A stretch of 11,079 nt of DNA from Octopus sinensis (taxonomy: Eukaryota): NCBI RefSeq assembly GCF_006345805.1, contig NW_021827000.1, positions 1 through 11,079 on the forward strand, given 5' to 3'. A program made the translations under genes and the position numbers. Positions 6,818-11,079 of this stretch are shown piece after piece (position 1 is the stretch's first letter; each line of letters starts with the position of its first letter). Below the pieces are notes generated by a model. That model did no database searches. It was given only the letters and a program-made list of their open reading frames with translations, and was not told the DNA's origin.

Positions 6818-8150
6818 TGTGTGTGTGGTGTGAGTAAGTGAATGTGTATGAGTGATTCTGTGTGTGTGTGGTGTGAGTAAGTGAATGTGTATGAGTGATT
6901 CTGTGTGTGTGTGGTGTGAGTAAGTGAATGTGTATGAGTGATTCTGTGTGTGTGTGGTGTGAGTAAGTGAATGTGTATGAGTGATTCTGTGTGTGTGTGG
7001 TGGTGAGTATGAATGTGTATGAGTGATTCTTGTGTGTGTGGTGTGAGTAAGTGAATGTGTATGATGATTCTGTGTGTGTGTGGTGTGAGTAAGTGAATGT
7101 GTATGATGATTCTGTGTGTGTGTGGTGTGAGTAGTGAATGTGTATGAGTGATTCTGTGTGTGTGTGGTGTGAGTAAGTGAATGTGTATGAGTGATTCTGT
7201 TGTGTGTGGTGTGAGTAAGTGAATGTGTATGAGTGATTCGTGTGTGTGTGGTGTGAGTAAGTGAATGTGTATGAGTGATTCTGTGTGTGTGTGGTGTGAG
7301 TAAGTGAATGTGTATGAGTGATTCTGTGTGTGTGTGGTGTGAGTAAGTGAATGTGTATGAGTGATTCTGTGTGTGTGTGGTGTGAGTAAGTGAGTGTGTA
7401 TGAGTGATTCTGTGTGTGTGTGGTGTGAGTAAGTGAGTGTGTATGAGTGATTCTGTGTGTGTGTGGTGTGAGTAAGTGAATGTGTATGAGTGATTCTGTG
7501 TGTGTGTGGTGTGAGTAAGGAATGTGTATGAGTGATTCTTGTGTGTGTGGTGTGAGTAAGTGAATGTGTATGAGTGATTCTGTGTTGTGTGGTGTGAGTA
7601 AGTGAATGTGTATGAGTGATTCTGTGTGTGTGTTGGTGTGAGTAAGTGAATGTGTATGAGTGATTCTGTGTGTGTGTGGTGTGAGTAAGTGAATTGTATG
7701 AGTGATTCTGTGTGTGTGTGGTGTGAGTAAGTGAATGTTATGAGTGATTCTGTGTGTTTGTGGTGTGAGTAAGTGGAGTTGTATGAGTGATTCTGTGTGT
7801 GTGTGGTGTGAGTAAGTGAATGTGTATGAGTGATTCTGTGTGTGTGTGGTGTGAGTAAGTGAATGTGTATGAGTGATTCTGTGTGTGTGTGGTGTGAGTA
7901 AGTGAATGTGTATGAGTGATTCTGTGTGTGCGTGGTGTGAGTAAGTGAATGTGTATGATGAATTCTGTGTGTTGTGTGTGGTGTGAGTAAGTGAATGTGT
8001 ATGAGTGATTCTGTGTGTGTGTGGTGTGAGTAAGTGAATGTGTATGAGTGATTCTGTGTGTGTGTGGTGTGAGTAAGTGAATGTGTATGAGTGATTCTGT
8101 GTGTGTGTGGTGTGAGTAAGTGAATGTGTATGAGTGATTCTGTGTGTGTG
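6818..8150. repeat. 43-bp minisatellite, about 31 copies
   Basis: The unit is GAGTAAGTGAATGTGTATGAGTGATTCTGTGTGTGTGTGGTGT. AATGTGTATG occurs at 6841, 6884, 6927 and onward, giving a period of 43. Confidence 0.97.
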
Positions 8151-8396
8151 TAAGTATGTGTGAGTGAGTGATTGGTGTGTGTGGGGGAGGTGCAGGTTAT
8201 GCTAAAGGTCGGGTGACGGGTGGTTTTGTTTATATAAGCAGGTGTGAGTCTATGTGCGTGTTTAGGTATTTGCGTATGCGTGTGTGTATTGATGTATAAG
8301 TATGTACTTGTGCTTGTTCGTATGCATGCATGTACATGTGTGTATGTATATGTGTACGTGCGTGTGAATTTGTGTGCGTCAGTGTGAGTCTATGTC

Positions 8397-8399
<3 letters not shown>

Positions 8400-8436
<37 letters not shown>

Positions 8437-8485
8437 TTTATTTGTGTATCTGACAAGAGGAAAGCAGATAGGGAGAGAAAGGAAG

Positions 8486-8534
<49 letters not shown>
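8400..8534. repeat. (GT)n (8400-8432) and (GATA)n (8487-8534) microsatellites
   Basis: Read directly from the sequence. Confidence 0.95.
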
Positions 8535-8536
<2 letters not shown>

Positions 8537-8693
8537 GAGGCAGAGAAGGGGAGAGAGAGAACAACAAACAAAAGAAAAGGAAGAAAAAATTGGTCAGCAA
8601 AGAAAAAAGTAACAAAAACAAACACAAACAACTGTAAAATACGCTAACAAAACTAAAACACAACTAAAACAAAACACACATACACATATCTGT

Positions 8694-8763
8694 TTACACA
8701 CACACACACACACACATACACATACACGCGAACACACGTATGTACATTATATATGCATACATA

Positions 8764-8815
<52 letters not shown>

Positions 8816-8928
8816 ATATATATATATAATATATATATATTATTCCACTACACACACGCACACATACACGTGCACAAACATCTGCACACACACGTATGTA
8901 TGTATGTATGTATGTATGTATGTATGTA

Positions 8929-8970
<42 letters not shown>

Positions 8971-9020
8971 GTATATAGGCTTATGCATGCGTATGTATAT
9001 ATAATTATATATATATAAAA
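8694..9020. repeat. Compound (CA)n, (TA)n and (TATG)n microsatellite block
   Basis: Read directly from the sequence. Confidence 0.95.
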
Positions 9021-9359
9021 AAAGTAGATCATGATAAAACGTGCAATAAATACCGCGGTAACAACAACAACAACCACAACGCCACCAATAATAATAATAG
9101 TAATAATAATAATAATTACAATGGCTGCAGTCATCTGCCAATTTTCATGAAGATGCAATCAACATTCTTGTCTGCAACGTAACACTGCAGCCAACTCTGG
9201 ATATAAAAGTGTGAACACTTTCGCTACAACAACAATATCAACAACAGCAACAATAACAACGACAACAGCAGCAACTGCGGCAACTGCAGCAGCAATTGGA
9301 GCTCTTCGTCTGCTCTAGCAATATATAAACGTTTACTGAAATCAGAAGACCAGATTTAA

Positions 9360-9600
9360 CCGGCAACGATGGAGGCGGCAGTGGCAGGGGGTGAAACTGC
9401 CACCCCCCGCCGCCGCCACCGCCACCTACGCTTCTCACCCAGTTGTGCAGCGGTTGCTGCGCCGTTCTGTACTGTTGCTTGCACCTCGCACACCGCCTGA
9501 TTCTCTCGACCTCCACGCGCACCGACGTGCTTGTTGCATTTCTACAAGACACCGTCGTAGCCGCCGCCGCCACCATCACCATCTCCACCAGCACAAGCCC
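9360..9600. other. GC/CpG-rich complex segment, possible coding exon (strand and frame unresolved)
   Basis: The segment is much richer in GC and CpG than its surroundings, with a GC bias at one codon position. The minus frame (..SCRNATSTSVRVEVERIRRCARCKQQYRTAQQPLHNW..) is open throughout, and the plus frame sharing that third position is open from 9395. No protein family was recognised. Confidence 0.3.
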
Positions 9601-9780
9601 CACAACTACGACGACGAAGACCACCACTACCACCACCACCACCACCACCACTATAATTATTACAATCGTCATCATCGTCGTTGTCATCATAATCGCCATC
9701 GTTATCGTCACACGTCACCTCCCCATTCTCCTCTCCTCTTCATCATCATAATCGCCGATGTCGTTGTCATCATCATCACC

Positions 9781-9830
<50 letters not shown>

Positions 9831-9985
9831 CATCATCATTATCATCATCATCATCAACATCATCGTCATCATCATAACCGTTGTCATTGTGACATACCAC
9901 CCTCTTGAAAGCAACAGCAGTTGAACCGACAGCAACAGCAACAACAACAACAACAACAGCAGTAACAAAAACAGCAACAACAATG
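9601..9985. repeat. Trinucleotide low-complexity block: (CAC)n, (CAT)n and (AAC/AGC)n
   Basis: Read directly from the sequence. It explains the poly-H/T/I/D/M/V ORFs. Confidence 0.9.
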
Positions 9986-10080
9986 GGATTCCCGGTGTAT
10001 ATTCGAACAAACTGCTGTTTTTTGTTGTTTTTTTTTTTTCGTTTTTTCTTTTGTTTTGTTTCTTTTTGCAATATCTCCAG

Positions 10081-10162
10081 ACTGTCACAGAACAACCGAA
10101 AGTACCCGAGAACACGCCGAGGCATGCAGTACCTTACCGGGTACACAGAAATAGACTGACTG
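10081..10162 (+). other. Candidate 82-nt spliceosomal exon
   Basis: A long T-rich tract ends in ..ATATCTCCAG| at 10080, and CTG|GTAAGT gives a donor at 10163. One frame is open: TVTEQPKVPENTPRHAVPYRVHRNRLT. No homolog was recognised. Confidence 0.4.
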
Positions 10163-10422
10163 GTAAGTGGAGAGGGTGTAATAGGTGCAGACTGTCACCT
10201 TGCACTTAACACAATTCATAATTGCAGTTCGGAGTGTGCAGTGTGCAGTGATTGCTGCACATGAACAGAAATAGATTAAGAGAAGTAGTGAAAGTGCAAT
10301 TGGCTTTGACTCTTACTTACACTGCAAACCGCATACAATTCTACAATTTATGAATGCACGTCAGAGTGAGTGGTCGGGCTTCGTGTCAAGTCGACAAGTC
10401 GGAGACTTTAATATCACATATC

Positions 10423-10654
10423 TATTCTTTTATTCTATTACTTGTTTCAGTCATTTGACAGCGGCCATGCTGGAGCACCGCCTTAAAGGGTTTTTTTCTT
10501 AGTTGAAGGAATCGACCCTAAGACTTATTCTTTGTAAGACTAGTACTTTATTCTAGCGCTCTCGTTTGCCGAAACCGCTAAGCTACGGAGACGTAATCAC
10601 ACCAACATCGATTGTCAAGCGATGTTGGTGGACACACACACACACCACACACAC

Positions 10655-10687
<33 letters not shown>

Positions 10688-10778
10688 ACATATATATATA
10701 TATATACGACAGGCTTCTTTCTGTTTCCGTCTACTGAATCCAATCAGAAGGCTTTGGGGTGTACGAGGCTATAGTAGA
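10423..10778 (-). mobile_element. Second copy of the CORE-type SINE (lacks the tRNA head)
   Basis: Reverse complement of ~3078-3397: TCTACTATAGCCTCG..CAAAGCCTT..GTAGACGGAAAC.GAAAGAAGCC, an internal microsatellite, and the GGCGGTGCTCCAGCATGGCCGC..GACTGAAACAAG tail (10444-10482). Confidence 0.88.
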
Positions 10779-10780
10779 TA

Positions 10781-10930
10781 GGACTTATTCTATGTACTAG
10801 GACTTATTATATGTAAGCCTAGTACTTATTCTATTGTTCCCTTTTGCCGAATCGCTAAATTACGATGACGTAAACACTCCAGCATCGGTTGTCAAGCGAT
10901 TTTGGGGGGACAAACAGAGACACACAAACA
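10781..10930 (-). mobile_element. Third, partial copy of the same SINE (post-microsatellite segment only), fused to the second copy
   Basis: The reverse complement reads GCTTGACAACCGATGCTGG.GTGTTTA..TTCGGCAAAAG..ATAGAATAAGTACT, matching ~3200-3310. Confidence 0.85.
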
Positions 10931-11079
10931 TGTACACACACATACATACATATATATATTTATCAAGTAGTTAGCGTGAAAACCTCATAAGAGAAAAAAT
11001 CAACCAATTTTTTTCACTTAAATATATTTATTTATATTATATAGAGGGCATTACTATACATAATGCCACACGCAAGGAG

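Noticed and set aside
6818-8150. CRISPR-like or telomeric array
   Set aside because: There are no unique spacers and no TTAGGG-type unit, and the context is eukaryotic. It is a simple head-to-tail minisatellite.
9122-9193. 10-bp inverted repeat TGGCTGCAGT/ACTGCAGCCA as a pre-miRNA
   Set aside because: The interior pairs poorly and the match is built on the self-palindromic CTGCAG.
9238-9310. Metallothionein-like Cys-rich ORF end plus two TGCACAC (MRE-like) motifs near 10233-10249
   Set aside because: The Cys run is the antisense of (CAA/CAG)n repeats, and TGCACAC is expected by chance in CA/GT-rich DNA.
9708-10159. Poly-Asp, poly-Met and poly-Thr ORFs
   Set aside because: They are alternative frames of (CAT)n and (AAC)n repeats with no non-repetitive support.

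Overview
AT-rich, repeat-dense eukaryotic DNA. The SINE, LINE and microsatellite content looks like a cephalopod, probably Octopus; this is inferred from repeat recognition, not from a search. There is no intact protein-coding gene, and most ORFs in the track are microsatellite read-throughs. From left to right: a 95-bp tandem array, two copies of a ~220-bp mariner-type MITE, a CR1/L2-type LINE 3' end, CORE-type and Nin/Deu-type tRNA-derived SINEs, two truncated R4/Dong-type (RLE) LINE ends stacked in an (AAT)n tract, a 43-bp GT-derived minisatellite, and a CpG-rich low-complexity segment with possible exons. The most notable signal is four type-I hammerhead ribozyme (HHR) motifs between 980 and 3689. 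They have three different architectures, lie on both strands, and sit in short (TA)n-bounded, inverted or partially tandem repeats, as expected of Penelope-like-element or retrozyme derivatives. One has a complete core and an unusually long stem II rich in G·U pairs. All folds were done by eye. Scattered 1-nt indels in the tandem arrays suggest some long-read error, so single-base claims need read-level confirmation.
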